DNA of 64,000 nt. Source: Octopus sinensis (lineage: Eukaryota). Both the position numbers and the translations under genes were made by a program. The stretch's first letter is position 1; every line of letters starts with the position of its first letter. Where the stretch lies: the NCBI RefSeq assembly GCF_006345805.1, contig NC_043001.1:135098001-135162000 (forward strand), in the 5' to 3' direction. Below the pieces are notes generated by a model that was not told the origin of the DNA, did not search any database, and saw only the letters and a list, made by a program, of their open reading frames with translations. Of the stretch, positions 49,867-63,710 are shown one piece after another.

Positions 49867-51580
49867 TAAATGTAAAAAAAGAGAGAATATGCTTTATCTC
49901 ATAACTTCAATATTTTAATGATGTGATTGTATATTTTTGGAATGACTCTGTAGGGTTGGTGTGAGAGGTTAGATCTGGCCAGTTTGAACATAAAACAGGT
50001 AGAATATTTTGGCCAGATATGGCTGGTTTAAATGCTTAAGAGTTAAGCATCGAATTTCTATAGGGGTCCATCTGAGTAAAATAGGAATCAAGGGGGTTCC
50101 ACAGACACAAAATGGCTGAGGACCAAAGGTCTAGTGTGTCCTTCCATCTTATAAGACAACAGTGTGGTTTGATGGACATTTGGCTGCTATTCCTAGCAGG
50201 TACACTTCTTTACAGATTTCTTTACTGTCTAGTAGTATGAGGTAGTTATTGGTATTGCAATTGGGGTGGTGCTTCTATACAGATTTTGAAGTGTAGTGTA
50301 GTATATTCTGTGAAGAAAAGTTGTGTGGTTAAATATATCTTCAAATAGGTCATACAAACATATACATACATCACATCTACAGAAACACAGATACACACAT
50401 ATATACAAATAAGTGCAGACAGACACACTCTCTCTCATGCACATCTGCACACGCACACATCCACACACGCATTAAAATATTTCACTCCACACATATACAA
50501 ATTCATACACATATGAACATATATAAATGTATATACAAAGGGACTCATATTACACAGATATATGCACCTATAGATAGACAGACTTAAAAACAAATACACA
50601 TAGACAAACACATACACATATATATTTGCATACACAATACACACACAGAAACACATTTAATGCCCAAACCAAAGTAGTTTGAATCTAAAGAATTTCACAG
50701 TAGTATTTTCCCCGCTGGGCCCTAACCTGGACAAATTAGCTGCTTCACTGCATTTAAGGTTAGGCAATGAAGCCAAAACAATTTGCTGGTGCTAAACATG
50801 AATGTCAGTGAAATATTTTATACCCTGATAACATTTAAAAGATTGGGAGTAAACAATTATAGTTCTACCTTTAAATAATATGAGAAGAAAATTGCACGAG
50901 TGTGAATGTGACTGCAATCAGGACAGACCTATTGTAGCATAATTGACTGAGATTATATTGATCAGAGGCTGTCATTAGTAGCCAAGGCTGTCATGTGACA
51001 GTGGTTGTCACAGTAACAGGGATGCATATTTTCATATCTGATATCTGTATTGTTCAGTGTGGCTTTGGAAGATTATTGGACAGTAGTCATGTTGGGGCAC
51101 CACTCCACCTTAAAGGATTTTTTAGTCCTGGTACTTATTTACTTATTTTTTTGAGCCTGGTACTTATTCTGAACAGCTTCTTATGCTGAGCTGTTAAGTT
51201 CCAGGATGTAAACGGACTGACACCAGTTGTCTGTCAAATGGTGGTGGGACAAACACAAAGACACATGCATATACATACATACATACATACATACATACAT
51301 ACATACATACATAACATACATACATACATGCAAACATACATACATACATATATATATATTATAATATATAATATTATATAATATTATATATTATATATAT
51401 AATATATGCCAAATATATACGTTTTATTTACTTTTTTGCAAATTAATTAATCATTGTTATATGTTTTATCTTATATTTAATCTTTCTATAATATGTAATT
51501 TTTCTAAATGGTATAATTTAATTTTTCATTATTGAATTGATAAAGGGTGGGTTTTTTTCTAATTTATAAATATATATATA

Positions 51581-51629
<49 letters not shown>

Positions 51630-52144
51630 TATATTGCCATGATGATTTGGTTTCTGACTGAAGATTGAAGGCTTCGAATGACTTGTCTGTTTTCCGTGTT
51701 CGTCCCTTCGTGTATTTCACGTTCTTTATATATAAATTTTTGTTCCTATATAATATATATATATATATATATAGCCCTGAACGTGATTGAGAAGCCAACT
51801 GCTTACCACACAACCATGTTATTGTTGTTGCTGCTATTGTCATTGTCAGTGTGGTTGTAATTTTCCCAGTAGTGAGATTTCATACAATAAATCTTTTCAC
51901 CTTTGTGGATGAATGGAGTCAGAGAAACTAACAGTCTCTTGTATGGTACTGCTATATAGTTTATATGAATCATCGATTCTTTGCAAGGAAGGCGTGACAA
52001 AAAAATTTTTATTTGTCCATTGAGGAAAGTAGGTAAACTGGTTAGGGCTATATTTATCCAGAAACCACCATCGCCCCCATTCACCTTAGTTAAAAAGGGT
52101 TTAACTTTTCATTATTTGCCTTGTCATAATGTTTGCCTTGTCAT

Positions 52145-52558
52145 ACCTATTTCTTTACTACCCACAAAGGGCTAAACACAGAGGGAACAAACAAGGACAG
52201 ACATAGGTATTAAGTCGATTACATCGACCCCAGTTCGTAACTGGTACTTAATTTGTCGATCCCGAAAGGATGAAAGGCAAAGTCGACCTCGGCGGAATTT
52301 GAACTCTGAACGTAAAGACACGAAATACCTATTTCTTTATTACCCACAAGGAGCTGAACATAGAGGGAACAAACAAGGACAGACATAGGTATTAAGTCAA
52401 TTACATCGACCCCAGTTCGTAACTGGTCCTTAATTTGTCGATCCCGAAAGGATGAAAGGCAAAGTTGACCTCGGCGGAATTTGAACTCACAACGTAACGC
52501 AGACGAAATACCGCTAAGCATTTCGCCCGGCGTGCTAACGTTTCTGCCAGCTCGCTGC
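52145..52558 (-). mobile_element. SINE family C with tandem head-truncated second unit
   Basis: 52145-52325 and 52326-52558 share tail and core. Flanking TTGTCATA duplication. Confidence 0.9.
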
Positions 52559-53473
52559 CTTGTCATAACTTAAGCCTTTCATTCCTTAAGGAGCATAGGC
52601 CAGTGACAACTTTTTTCCACTGTTCTCGATGCTGGGCTGTAAGGTTTTTCTGCCCCAGATCTTGGGTTTGAATTGTTAGTGATGCTTCAGTGGCTTTGCT
52701 TTTTCCTAAGTAGGACTGTTGGCCCTATACAAAAACCCAATTTTACTTCTGAGAAGAGAGGGGTCCGTATTAGTCTATTCTCTATCTTTTGACTTGTCCA
52801 GCTGGACAAGGAGCTTGCATCCCACTGGCATAACTCTCAGGGTCATTGATGGACACAAGCCACCACATCACAACAAAACCTGGACCTCGTAGGTGGTATG
52901 TCATACATAGCATATCCTACTTTATATGTCAGTAAGAGTTCAACAACTCTCTCATTTCCACATGTGATATTTGGTAGCCATTTTGGCTATACAAAATCTT
53001 TCTTGTTTTCGCTTGGTGCTCAGCAGTTTGAGCAGTTATTTGTTCTTACTCTGTCTACTATAACGTTACTAAAGGTTGCACATTGTGGAATCAGTCATTC
53101 TTGCTCACATTTTCAGCTGTCTTAAATAACCAGATGTTTAAGCTGAACAAGAAACAAAATTGCTGAATCATTTTCTGTAATATCACACATGTAATTAACA
53201 CTATGGTTGACAACACACATTCATAATATTAGACTTCATATATATGAAAATATTTATTATAAATTCCCTACAACATGTTGTATATAAACCTTCTCTTTAT
53301 TAATGTTGTGATTTGAAGCTTGTTATGTTTCTCTCTCTGTTTTATTGTTCATTTTTAATCTCTATTTATTTTCTTGCCTTTGTGAGAGCAGGTGCCATTT
53401 ATATACACATACATAAATGCATAAAATATACAATATTTGTATGCATATGATATATACATACACACATATATAT

Positions 53474-53521
<48 letters not shown>

Positions 53522-53580
53522 GTGTATGTGTATATGTATTCATACTCAAACATATATGTGTGTGTGTGTTTGTGTATAAA

Positions 53581-53790
53581 GGCGTGTAGCCTAGTGGTGA
53601 GGGTGTTGTACTTGTGATCTGTAGATTATAAGTTTGATTTCTAGACCAAGCGGCACTTACACATTGCCCCAGTCCACTCAGCTATAAATGGGCGATCCCT
53701 GCGATGGAGTAGCCTTCCAATCAGGGGTAATGTTTGCCTCCTAGCTAGCAGGGTGGCATCATTTCAAAGCATTGTGACCATCAAGGTATA
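53581..53790 (+). mobile_element. Old tRNA-SINE (CCTGCGATGGA.TAGC core, Meta/V-like)
   Basis: GGCGTGTAGCCTAGTGG head, CCAGTCCACTCAGCT..AAATGGG, CCCTGCGATGGAGTAGC. Confidence 0.55.
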
Positions 53791-53939
53791 AAGTCTTTAG
53801 TCAAATGAATCAAGTCAAGTACTTTTTTAAAGCCTGGTATTATTCTCTCAATCTCTTTTGTTGAACTGCTAAGTTATATGAGAAGAGACTGATAAAATAA
53901 GTATACAGACATTAATAAAATAACTATATAGACTATATA

Positions 53940-54230
53940 GACATTAGTGGTTAGGGCTCATGATCATAAGGTTGTGAGTTCAATTCTCAGCAACATGTTG
54001 TGTCCTTGAGCAAGACACTTTATTTTATGTTGCTCCAGTCCACTCAGCTGGCAAAAATGAGTTGTACCTGTATTTCAAATGGCCAGTCTTGTCACACTCT
54101 GTGCCACACTGAATCTCCCTGAGAACTACGTTAAGGGTACATGTGTCTATGGAGTGCTCAGCCTCTTGTACGTTAATTTCACATTGATCGTATCAGCTGG
54201 GACCCTCATCATTGTAATCAACTGAGTACT
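53940..54230 (+). mobile_element. Old SINE with CORE-like middle and family-A 3' tail
   Basis: TGTGTCCTTGAGCAAGACACTT, then GTTGTACCTGTATTTCAA...GAGAACTACGTTAAGGGTACA as in family A. Confidence 0.75.
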
Positions 54231-54649
54231 CTTATAGATATTAGGAAACGAAAGCAATTATCTCAGAATGACAGGAGAGCTACGTTATGAGAAATATGAA
54301 GGTATTTTATCACAACAATACCACTAAGCATTTCACCTGGCATGCTAGCGTTTCTGCCAGCTCGCCGCCTTTGTTTGAGGTGTCAATGTTCACTGAGTCC
54401 TGCAATTCGCATCAGTTCACGTGGATAGCTGCGCTTTTCATTGATGGACGAGCCGAGTGATTCCCCATCATTCTTTCAGGTTCTGTCTACCAAATCCACT
54501 CACAAGGCTTTGGTTGACCTCTGGCTCAAATTGAAGACACTTGCTCAAGATGTCATACAGTGGGAATGAACCTGGGACCATGTGGTTGAGAAGCAAACAT
54601 TTTGCCACACAGCCACACCTGAAAAATAAATTTATTCAAGAATCTTAGT

Positions 54650-56230
54650 CTTCCTGAAGAGTCAAAGACGAGTAAGAACATTCTGTAACAATAAAACAAT
54701 AAAGCACAAGGGTTCTAGAGGTTTTCTCTGATTCTTGATAAATGGAAAGAAGTGTTTGATAATTTGATGCTGCTATTTTGCCTTTGAAGAACTAATGTTC
54801 ACTTTGAAATATTATAAGAAACAATTTCAGTGAGCGGCATGCTTGGATGATCTGCTAGTGAAGGTAGAAAAATATGTTTAGCATAGAAAAAGGTTCTTAT
54901 GGGACAAATCAACAAAATCTGTGACAAATAGGATATACAAAATGTGCCACCGGCACGGGGGCCAGGCGAGATCCGTTGCCAGCCTCACCTGGCCCCCGTG
55001 CCGGTGGCACGTAAAAGCACCAGCCGTTTGTGGCCGTTTGCCAGCTCTGTCTGGCACCTGTGCGGGTGGCACGTAAAAAGCACCCACTACACTCACGGAG
55101 TGGTTGGCGTTAGGAAGGGCATCCAGCCGTAGAAACACTGCCAGATCTGACTAGGCCTGATGAAGCCTTCTGGCTTCACAGACCCCAGTTGAACCGTCCA
55201 ACCCATGCTAGCATGGAAAACGGACGCTAAACGATGATAATGATGATGATGATGAAAATCCCTAATGTTTCATGATATTATTCATCAATAGGTATTTTGC
55301 AGAAAATATTTAGATCTGTCATATATGATGGAACCGGCTGTATCAACTATGAATTTTATTTGGTTGCATGTACTTAATCATCACCAATTTTAAATACTTT
55401 TGAAGGAAATAAAAGATGAATATAACAATTTGTCATACTGTAATACTGTAAGGTGTTTTAATAGCAGAAATAGTTAGAAAACAACTTTTCTGAACTTCAG
55501 GTGAAGATTGACTTTTTTTTTTCTGAATGAGAAAACTTGTGCTCAGCTGCTACTTGTAAATGATGGATGGTTGTAGAGCCTGACATTATCGGCTGACTTA
55601 ACGGCACATCTTAACAAGATCGGTCTTAGATGGCAAGGTGATTTTGAACATATGTGTGATATATACACGGTTGTGAAAGCTTTTTGACATAAATTAACCT
55701 TTCTTCATTCCCAGTGAGTAATAAATAACTTTAAACCACTTGGCCTGCTGCAAAAAATACAAACAAGAAATGAAATATTCCATTTCCTTTAAAATTTACC
55801 CATGACATTCTCACTTTTCTGAAGCTATGACAAAATTTACAGTATTTTTCTGATCTTGGTGAAAATGTAAGCACCTTTCAAAATCAATTTTGACTATATT
55901 TTCAAGGAATTTCCTTCAGATCTTCAACTGGAATTTATTGCCCTGCAATCAATGTTAAAAGTAAAATATTAAAGGAAAAACAGGATTGGCTTTTATTTAA
56001 TGTCTCCAAGATAAAGAATGTACTTCTTTAAAATCCTTTACTCAAAGATGGACTTCAACATTTGGCAGGGCATATTTATGAAGAACACATTAAAAAATGA
56101 ACTATATTATATCTATTTGTAGATCAGTGTTAATTGATCATTATTTATGGGTAGATTTGATTGCAGGCATCATACCACAAACTTTCAATGACAATTTGAC
56201 AATATTTTATCCTCATGTAAAAAGAATTTC
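54650..56230 (+). mobile_element. hAT transposase fossil (SPIN/GTF2IRD2-like), interrupted by a family D repeat
   Basis: HDIIHQ*VFCRKYLDLSYMMEPAVSTMNFI...NHHQF, ADLTAHLN, DLQLE and STFG fragments follow the SPIN/OC1-type layout. Many stops. Confidence 0.75.
54946..55255 (+). mobile_element. Family D repeat nested in the hAT fossil
   Basis: GTGGCACGTAAAAGCACC...CCATGCTAGCATGGAAAACGGACG-(ATG)n. Confidence 0.88.
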
Positions 56231-56423
56231 ATAGTTCTCTATTTATGTCAGTATATTACTGTAATAAAAAAACCCCATTAAAGTAATTAAAAAAAAAACA
56301 AGCAGTTTTATAATCTTGTGTAATCACAGTTTCATATTTTTCTACTTTGGTCCGAAAAGCATAAAATATGTCCAATCTAGCTTGCATTTGAGTGAGGACT
56401 TAGTCCATGATATTAATTCTAGT

Positions 56424-56627
56424 GGCGAGCTGGCAGAAACGTTAGCGCGTCGGGCGGAATGTTTAGCGATATTTCGTCTGTTGTTATGTTCTGAGTTCAA
56501 ATTCCGCCGAGGTCGACTTTGCCTTTCATCCTTTCGGGGTCGATAAATAAAGTACCAGTTTTGCTTCTGGGGTCATTGTGATTCCTTTGTCCTTGTTTGT
56601 TCCCTTTATGTGGGCAGTAAAGAAATA
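56424..56627 (+). mobile_element. SINE family C
   Basis: 15-bp TSD GATATTAATTCTAGT at 56409-56423 and 56628-56642. Confidence 0.92.
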
Positions 56628-57297
56628 GATATTAATTCTAGTGCTTCAGTATTTATATTTATCAACCACAGGAAAAGGGAGGGCAGAATTGACTTAAACA
56701 TGATTTAATCCTTCAGCATTTAAACTGGCCAAAATTTTCGACCTATTTTGTGTTCAAACTGACCAAATCTGGCCTCTCACAGAATACCATTTTAAAAATA
56801 AACTATCAAATTATTGAAGGCTTGAAACCACAAGATAATACATAATTTACTCAAAACACTTTGAATATAGATGCATTACATTTGACAGACTAAACTGAAT
56901 GCCAAAGGGTTAAATCTACAAACATATTGGAACATAATTAAATGCTGTGAAGCATTTTGATGGCTGTTCCAGTCATTCAACTACTTGCCATGTCAGGAAT
57001 TGTAAATTCTAGTCTGGAAAGATAAAATAGCATGATGACATTTAAAACTGGTTTTATTTACATTCGCCACTGGTCAATAAAGCAATGTAAGTATTACAAG
57101 TTATATTGACCATCATAAATTGTACGTAAATTGTACAAACAAAGAAACAATACATACCAAAAAAGATAAATGCTGTAGGAGTGATGAAGATGCACAATAT
57201 TCTACCTGTTTATACATGGGTTCAGACCAAGCAAAGCCTCGTGGTGGGTTTAGTAGATGGAGACTGAAAGAAGCCTACACACTCATATATGTATACA

Positions 57298-57620
57298 TCA
57301 TCATCATCGTCGTCGTCATCATCATCATCATCATCATTATCATCATCATCATCATCATTATCATCATCATCATCACCACCACCACCACCACCACCATCAT
57401 CATCATCATTATCCTTTAGCATGTTTTTCACGCTGGCGTGGGTTAGACAGTTTGACCAGAGCTGGCAAGCCAGAGAGCTGCAGCAGGTTCCTGTCTGGCT
57501 TGGCTTGGCTTGGTTTTTAATGGTTGGATGCCCTTCCTAATGCCAACCACTTTCCAGTGTGTGCTGGGTGCTTTTAGCATGGCACTGGCATGAACGCTTT
57601 TACATGGCCCTGGCACAGGA
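57298..57620 (-). mobile_element. Expanded (CAT)n tail plus diverged family D repeat
   Basis: About 120 bp of CAT/CAC/CGT triplets, then GGTTGGATGCCCTTCCTAATGCCAACC. Confidence 0.7.
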
Positions 57621-57954
57621 CTCTTGTAGGTCAGCATGTGTGTGTGTTGTGTGTGTGTGTTATGTGTACCTTTGTATAGACATCACGTAAAGGCTGTAAA
57701 TGTGCATACAAGTGAGGTTGTACATTTCCAGTCTTCTATGAAAAACATGTCTAGCTTTGGGAAAATATTAGCTTGCTTGGAAATATGTGAGGGCTGGTGA
57801 CAGGAAGGGCACCTGAACCTAGAAAATCTGCCTCGACAAATTCTGTCTGATATATGCAAGCATGAATGCGTGGACATTAAATGATGACAAGTGTGTGTGT
57901 GTGTGTGTGTGTGCATGAAATTTTGTGTGTGTGTATGTGTGTGTGCTTTTGTTA

Positions 57955-58490
57955 TCTCGGAGTCAGAAGTTACTGGGGAGGTAGTTGCTCTGAAAGTATA
58001 GCAGTCAGGGTAAGAACAGACTGGAAAAAGATCACAGGCAGCTATTGCTGCTGCTGGTAACATAGGTCTGTTTCTCTGTGAGTGAAGAGCAGATTGTATA
58101 GTGCTTGTGTTAGAACTGCAATGCAACATGGGCCTTGAATGAAAAAGATAATTGTGAAGACTCGAAAGAAATGAAGCTAGCATGCTCCAGTGGATGTGCA
58201 ATGTTAGCATGCATGAATACCAGAATATAATTAAGTTAACAGAGAAACTGGGTGTAAGACAAATCAAGAGCAGTATGCAAAAGAGAAGGCTGCACTGGTA
58301 TGGGCAGATGTTGCTTATACAGAAGTGCTGAGTACTTTAAGTTAGTGAAACCTGTAGAAGAGGGAGACCAGTGACAAAAAGATGAAGGCTGAATGTAGAT
58401 GCTGCATCACACACAGGAGATGACAAGTGATTGCACTGGTTGGCAGCATGTAGTGCTATAGAAAACTCAACTGCTCAATTGAAAAATGCA
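57955..58490 (+). mobile_element. RTE-clade LINE 3' fossil
   Basis: VKSRLYSACVRTAM.HG...RLERNEASMLQWMCNVS...KLGVRQIKSSMQKRRLHWYGQ. Confidence 0.8.
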
Positions 58491-58538
58491 CCCTAATACA
58501 AGGGTAGTAATTAAGATATAACATATGTATGTAAGTGT

Positions 58539-58933
58539 AGGAGTGGCTGTGTGGTAAGTAGCTTGCTTAACAACCACATGGTTCCGGGTTCAGTCCCACT
58601 GCGTGGCACCTTGGGCAAGTGTCTTCTACTATAGCCTTGGGCTGACCAAAGCCTTGTGAGTGGATTTGGTAGACGGAAACTGAAAGAAGCCCATCATACA
58701 TATGGATATGTATATATATGCGTGTTTGTGTGTCTGCGTTTGTACCCCCAACATTGCTTGACAACCGATGCCAGTGTGTTTACGTCCCCGTAACTTAGTG
58801 GTTTGGCAAAAGAAACAAATAGAATAAGTACTAGGCTTACAAACAATAAGTCCTGGGATTGTTCTGCTCGACTAAAGGTGGTGCTCCAGCATGGCCACAG
58901 TCAAATGACTGAAAGTAAAAGAATAAAAGAGTA
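58539..58933 (+). mobile_element. SINE family B, CpG-decayed
   Basis: Complete modules with multiple CG to TG/CA changes. Confidence 0.9.
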
Positions 58934-59574
58934 CACATACAGGGTTGGCCAAAAGTCACTCGACATTAAATCAAAATATCATAACTATTACCTGTAATTC
59001 TGTATTGACTCAAATGGAAAGATGCGTCTCTCAAGAAGGACTTCAGTTTGAACAATTTTCATGTTGTTTCATATTTAGATGCTTTTGTTAAATTCATTCA
59101 GTTATTAATCATAAATAAATCTTGGAATTAAATGGCTTTTGATTTACTGTCAGGTGACTTTTGGCCAACCCTGTATATATGTGTGTATGTCCATACATAT
59201 ACTGGTCTTCACGAAGCCCACCTTACTAACTATTACCTACAGGACTCTCAACACTTCATTGATCACAGTGCACTTTCTCCCAAGTTACCTCTACTGGCAC
59301 CCAGCACCTCTTCTCACCTTTATCTCATTACCGACTTTCATTTGCCTTCTAGCCTTCTGTTCCCTTCCAGCACCCACTCACTGTTTCACCCACCCCTTCA
59401 CTCACCATCTGTTATGCTTTTGTGGTATTCACCCTCTGTACTCCCCTTTCTTTCTATAGCATCTGTTAATGAAGTTGAGTGCACTATTCCTGTTCCCTTG
59501 TCATTCAATTAATTCATATAATGCTCCTCACTTCACTAATACTTTATTCTGAAGCATATATATATATATATATA

Positions 59575-59783
59575 TGTAGGTCCCGGGTTGAGTCGGGGTT
59601 AACCACAGTAAATAAGGTACTCAATACATGGCAGAGTAAATTAATTTATTTTATAGAAGGAGCTTCTACAGGACTAGAACTGTTTCATTCAAAAGAAATC
59701 ATCAGGAAGCACATCAGGATGAGCTTCCTGATGATTTCATTTGAATGAAACAGTTCTAGTCCTGTAGAAGCTCCTTCTATAAA

Positions 59784-59789
<6 letters not shown>
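59575..59789. mobile_element. Penelope-LTR-like unit with 67-bp head-to-head inverted repeat between (TA)n tracts
   Basis: 59644-59710 and 59723-59789 are reverse complements. Each arm has CTGATGA...GAAA...GTC in order. Confidence 0.65.
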
Positions 59790-59828
<39 letters not shown>

Positions 59829-59925
59829 CATACATATATATATATATATATTGAATTCTAACAACAGGTTATTAGTATCATTATGCCTAAAGGAAATCAT
59901 AAATGTATGTATGTATATATATGTA

Positions 59926-60272
59926 TCATCATCATCATCATCATCGTTTAACATCCATTTTCCGTGCTAGCACGGGTTGGACGGTTTGACCAGGGTCTGG
60001 GAAGCCAGGAGGCTGCACCAGGCTCCAGTCTGATCTGGCAGTGTTTCTACAGCTGGATGCCCTTCCTAACGCCAACCACTCCGCGAGTGTAGTGGGTGCT
60101 TTTTACGTGCCACCTGCACAGGTGCCAGGGGAGTCTGGCATCGGCCACGATCGGTTGGTGCTTTTTATGTGCCACCGGCACGGAAGCCAGCCATGGCGAT
60201 GCTGGTATCGGCCACGTTCGGATGGTGCTTTTTATGTGCCACCGGCACAGAAGCCAGTCGTGGTGGCGCTGG
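59926..60272 (-). mobile_element. Family D repeat with about 67-bp tandem monomers
   Basis: (CAT)n, unique part, then GGCCACG.TCGG.TGGTGCTTTTTATGTGCCACC twice. Confidence 0.88.
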
Positions 60273-60714
60273 ACTTTATATATATATGTTGATGTGTGTG
60301 GCTGTGTATATGCAGGTACTTCTGTACATGTGTGTATGTGAGAAGATGGTTACGTGCATATATGTCTTTCTATATGCCTATATCTATGTACTAATAGTTA
60401 CTTGTCTTCTCACTGCCATTGCATTATTTCCCCATTTTCCCATTAAGAAAAAATTTTATGGGAAATTATTTGAACATTTTCAAAAGAAACATGTCTACAC
60501 ATGCATGCACACACTTTTACTGTCTCTCTCTTTCCTCATCTCTCTCTCTCTCTCACTTTACACATAGATACAAACCCACCCACACACATAAGTGTATATA
60601 CATACACACAAACACAAACACACCTATATGTACCTATATGTGTGTGTATCTATACTCTTTTATGCCTTTTATGTCACTTAACTATTGCTGATAAAACAAA
60701 ATTACTTTAAAAGA

Positions 60715-61199
<485 letters not shown>

Positions 61200-61883
61200 C
61201 TCCATTATAAGCCAAAATCTATTGAACGTCTTTAATCTTTCTGTTTAGAAATATGACACCAGGATATCTACATTAGTATTTTGTCTTTAAAACCTCAAAC
61301 AGTTACATAAGATGATTTCCTAACAGACTGTTCTTTGAAAATATTGATTTGAAGAAAGCAAAAGAAATATATATAATATATATGTATATATATATATATG
61401 AATACATAAATGGAATATAATTTAATATTCAATGTGGAAACTGTTACATTTACATATATATTTATATAAATTGATGCACTAGTTTATATTTACCAACAAG
61501 CTGGAGTATTTATACACCATTTTATATTCTAATATGTCTGAGTACCTCTCTTTGATATTTAATCTAAAATATTCTCAACTTTGCATTTCATTTTTCTCCC
61601 TTTTCATATTTTTCCTTTTTATCGTATTTTCATCTATTTCTTTTTGCTTTCCTCCATTCTATCTCTATTTTGGTCTCCAATATTTCCTTTGGTTAATGTT
61701 TTTGTTCTTCTTTCTTCAAGTACTCGCTGTCTTTATTTGTCTTTTATTTTAAAGAATCTCGTTTTTATTTCCCATAAAATTATAATTCAAAATTGGAAGC
61801 CATATTCATTGTGTTTTTCTATTTTAGTTTTAACCCGTCAGAATCGTTTCTATGTCCAGACATCATCAATATTTTGTAGTAGT

Positions 61884-62278
61884 GGAGGCGCAATGGCCCA
61901 GTGGTTAGGGCAGCGGACTCGCGGTCGTAGGATTGCAGTCATAGGATCGTGGTTTTGATTCCCAGACCGGGCGTTGTGAGTGTTTATTGAGCGAAAACAC
62001 CTAAAAGCTCCATGAGGCTCCAGCAGGGGATGGTGGTGATCCCTGATGTACTCTTTCACCACCACTTTCTCTCACTCTTACTTCCTGTTTCTGTTGTACC
62101 TGTATTTCAAAGGGCCGGCCTTGTCACTCTCTGTGTCACGCTGAATATCCCCGAGAACTACGTTAAGGGTACACGTGTGTGTGGAGTGCTCAGCCACTTA
62201 CACGTTAATTTCACGAGCAGGCTGTTCCGTTGATCGGATCAACCGGAACCCTCATCGTCGTAACCGACGGAGTGCTTC
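61884..62278 (+). mobile_element. SINE family A, full length, with short duplication in the head
   Basis: Extra GTAGGATTGCAGTC-like segment in the head. Partial TSD TTTGTAGT. Confidence 0.92.
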
Positions 62279-62678
62279 CCCTTTGTAGTTATCTTTGGTG
62301 CTTAGGTATAAACACTGCTGTATATTTACTTCTGGTGTTTAGATATAAACACTACAGTTACCTCTGGGGTTTAGATATAAACTCAACTTTATAGTTATGT
62401 TGGAGTTTTAGCCATCAATAATACTTACTAATTTGTAGTATCTTGGAGGGTCATTCTGCCAGTGACAGACATACACACTGGCTCACTTTCACTTCATCAT
62501 CTAATTGTCAACTGATCAATCATTTAACCAATGAACTGATCAATTGTTTGACTAATTGTTCAATCAGTCAATCAATCAATCAATCAATCAAGATTTTCAG
62601 ATGACAAAAGAACTTGCACAAATCTGATTGATTGACTGAATGAGTACTCAAAGAATTGATTAGTTAATTGGTTATATA

Positions 62679-62979
62679 TATATTTTTTTTTCCAACCAGA
62701 CCATCAGATGTTGTTACACATCGCTGGTCACAATGCGTTTGCGTTGTTTTAGCCTTCGAATGACGCCACCCCGCTGGCTAAGCGAGCAGGCCAACAGAAG
62801 AAAGAGTGGAAGAAAGAGTGGTGAAAGAGTACAGCAGGGATCACCACCCCCTGCCGGAGCCTCGTGGAGCTTTTAGGTGTTTTCGCTCAATAAACACTCA
62901 CAACGCCCAGTCTAGGAATCGAAACCGCGATCCTGCGACCGCGAGTTCGCTGCCCTAACCACTGGGCCATTGCGCCTCC
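62679..62979 (-). mobile_element. SINE with family-A head and a different 3' tail
   Basis: Head as in family A up to CTTTCACCAC, then CTGCTCGCTTAGCCAGCGGGGTGGCGTCAT...GATGGTCTGG. 13-bp TSD AATTGGTTATATA at 62666-62678 and 62982-62994. Confidence 0.9.
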
Positions 62980-63033
62980 ACAATTGGTTATATAGTTAAC
63001 CAATTGATAGATAGATAATAAAGAACTGAATTA

Positions 63034-63710
63034 GAATACAAAAGTCACCATGATAGGCTAGGACAATATTTACATTGGAAAATATGTAAACGCTACAAAA
63101 TTGGCACTCCTGCTTACTTGTATGAGTATCATCCTGAGCCAGTTGTTGAAAGTAAAAATGTCACTATCCTCTGGGATTTTCCAGTATCCACCGACAAAAC
63201 AATTTAGGCTCACCAACCAGACATAATTATTAAAGACTGGGAAGAAAATACTTGTAGACTAATAGATGTAAGTGTTCTCACTGATAAAAATATATCTGTA
63301 AAGGAATTTGACAAATCAAAAGTAAATATGAGGACCTGGAAATTGAACTACAAAAGATGTGGTATCTTAAAGCAAGAACTGTTCCTGTTATTGTAGGTGC
63401 CCTAGCGTTGATTTAAAAAATGGATGTCAGAAACATCTAGATAACATCCCTGGAGAACCATGTCTCAGAGAAATCCAAAAGATTGTATTGACAAGTACTG
63501 CCTACATCCTTAGGAAAACTCTGTCAATTTAAATGTCTGTGTTGTATTACATGAAGATATTTCACTACTGCCTCTTCCACTTCCCCTCCCCAAGCTTTCA
63601 GTCATACTGTAACATCTCTTAACCTTCACTCACCCTAGGATACTGGGTGTGTTTCAGCAAGTGATTGTAACAAACATGCAGATTAAAAGTAAATAGCAAT
63701 AATAATATTG
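63034..63710 (+). mobile_element. R4/Dong-like LINE 3' fossil
   Basis: EYKSHHDRLGQYLHWKIC...ILWDF...QPDIIIKD...LIDVSV...VPVIVGAL...ILRKTLSI*, then 3'UTR and AATAATAAT. Confidence 0.85.

Noticed and set aside
51650-51682. CTGAAGA-TTGAAGGCTTC-GAA after (TA)n
   Set aside because: Stem II loop is impossible as written and stem III is absent. At best a deleted relic.
54648-54678. Hammerhead-like CTGAAGA-GTC-aaa-GAC
   Set aside because: No GAAA or stem III follows, and it lies at the edge of the hAT fossil. Probably chance.
57683-58267. 194-aa minus-strand ORF
   Set aside because: Antisense to an RTE fossil and spans a (TG)n tract.
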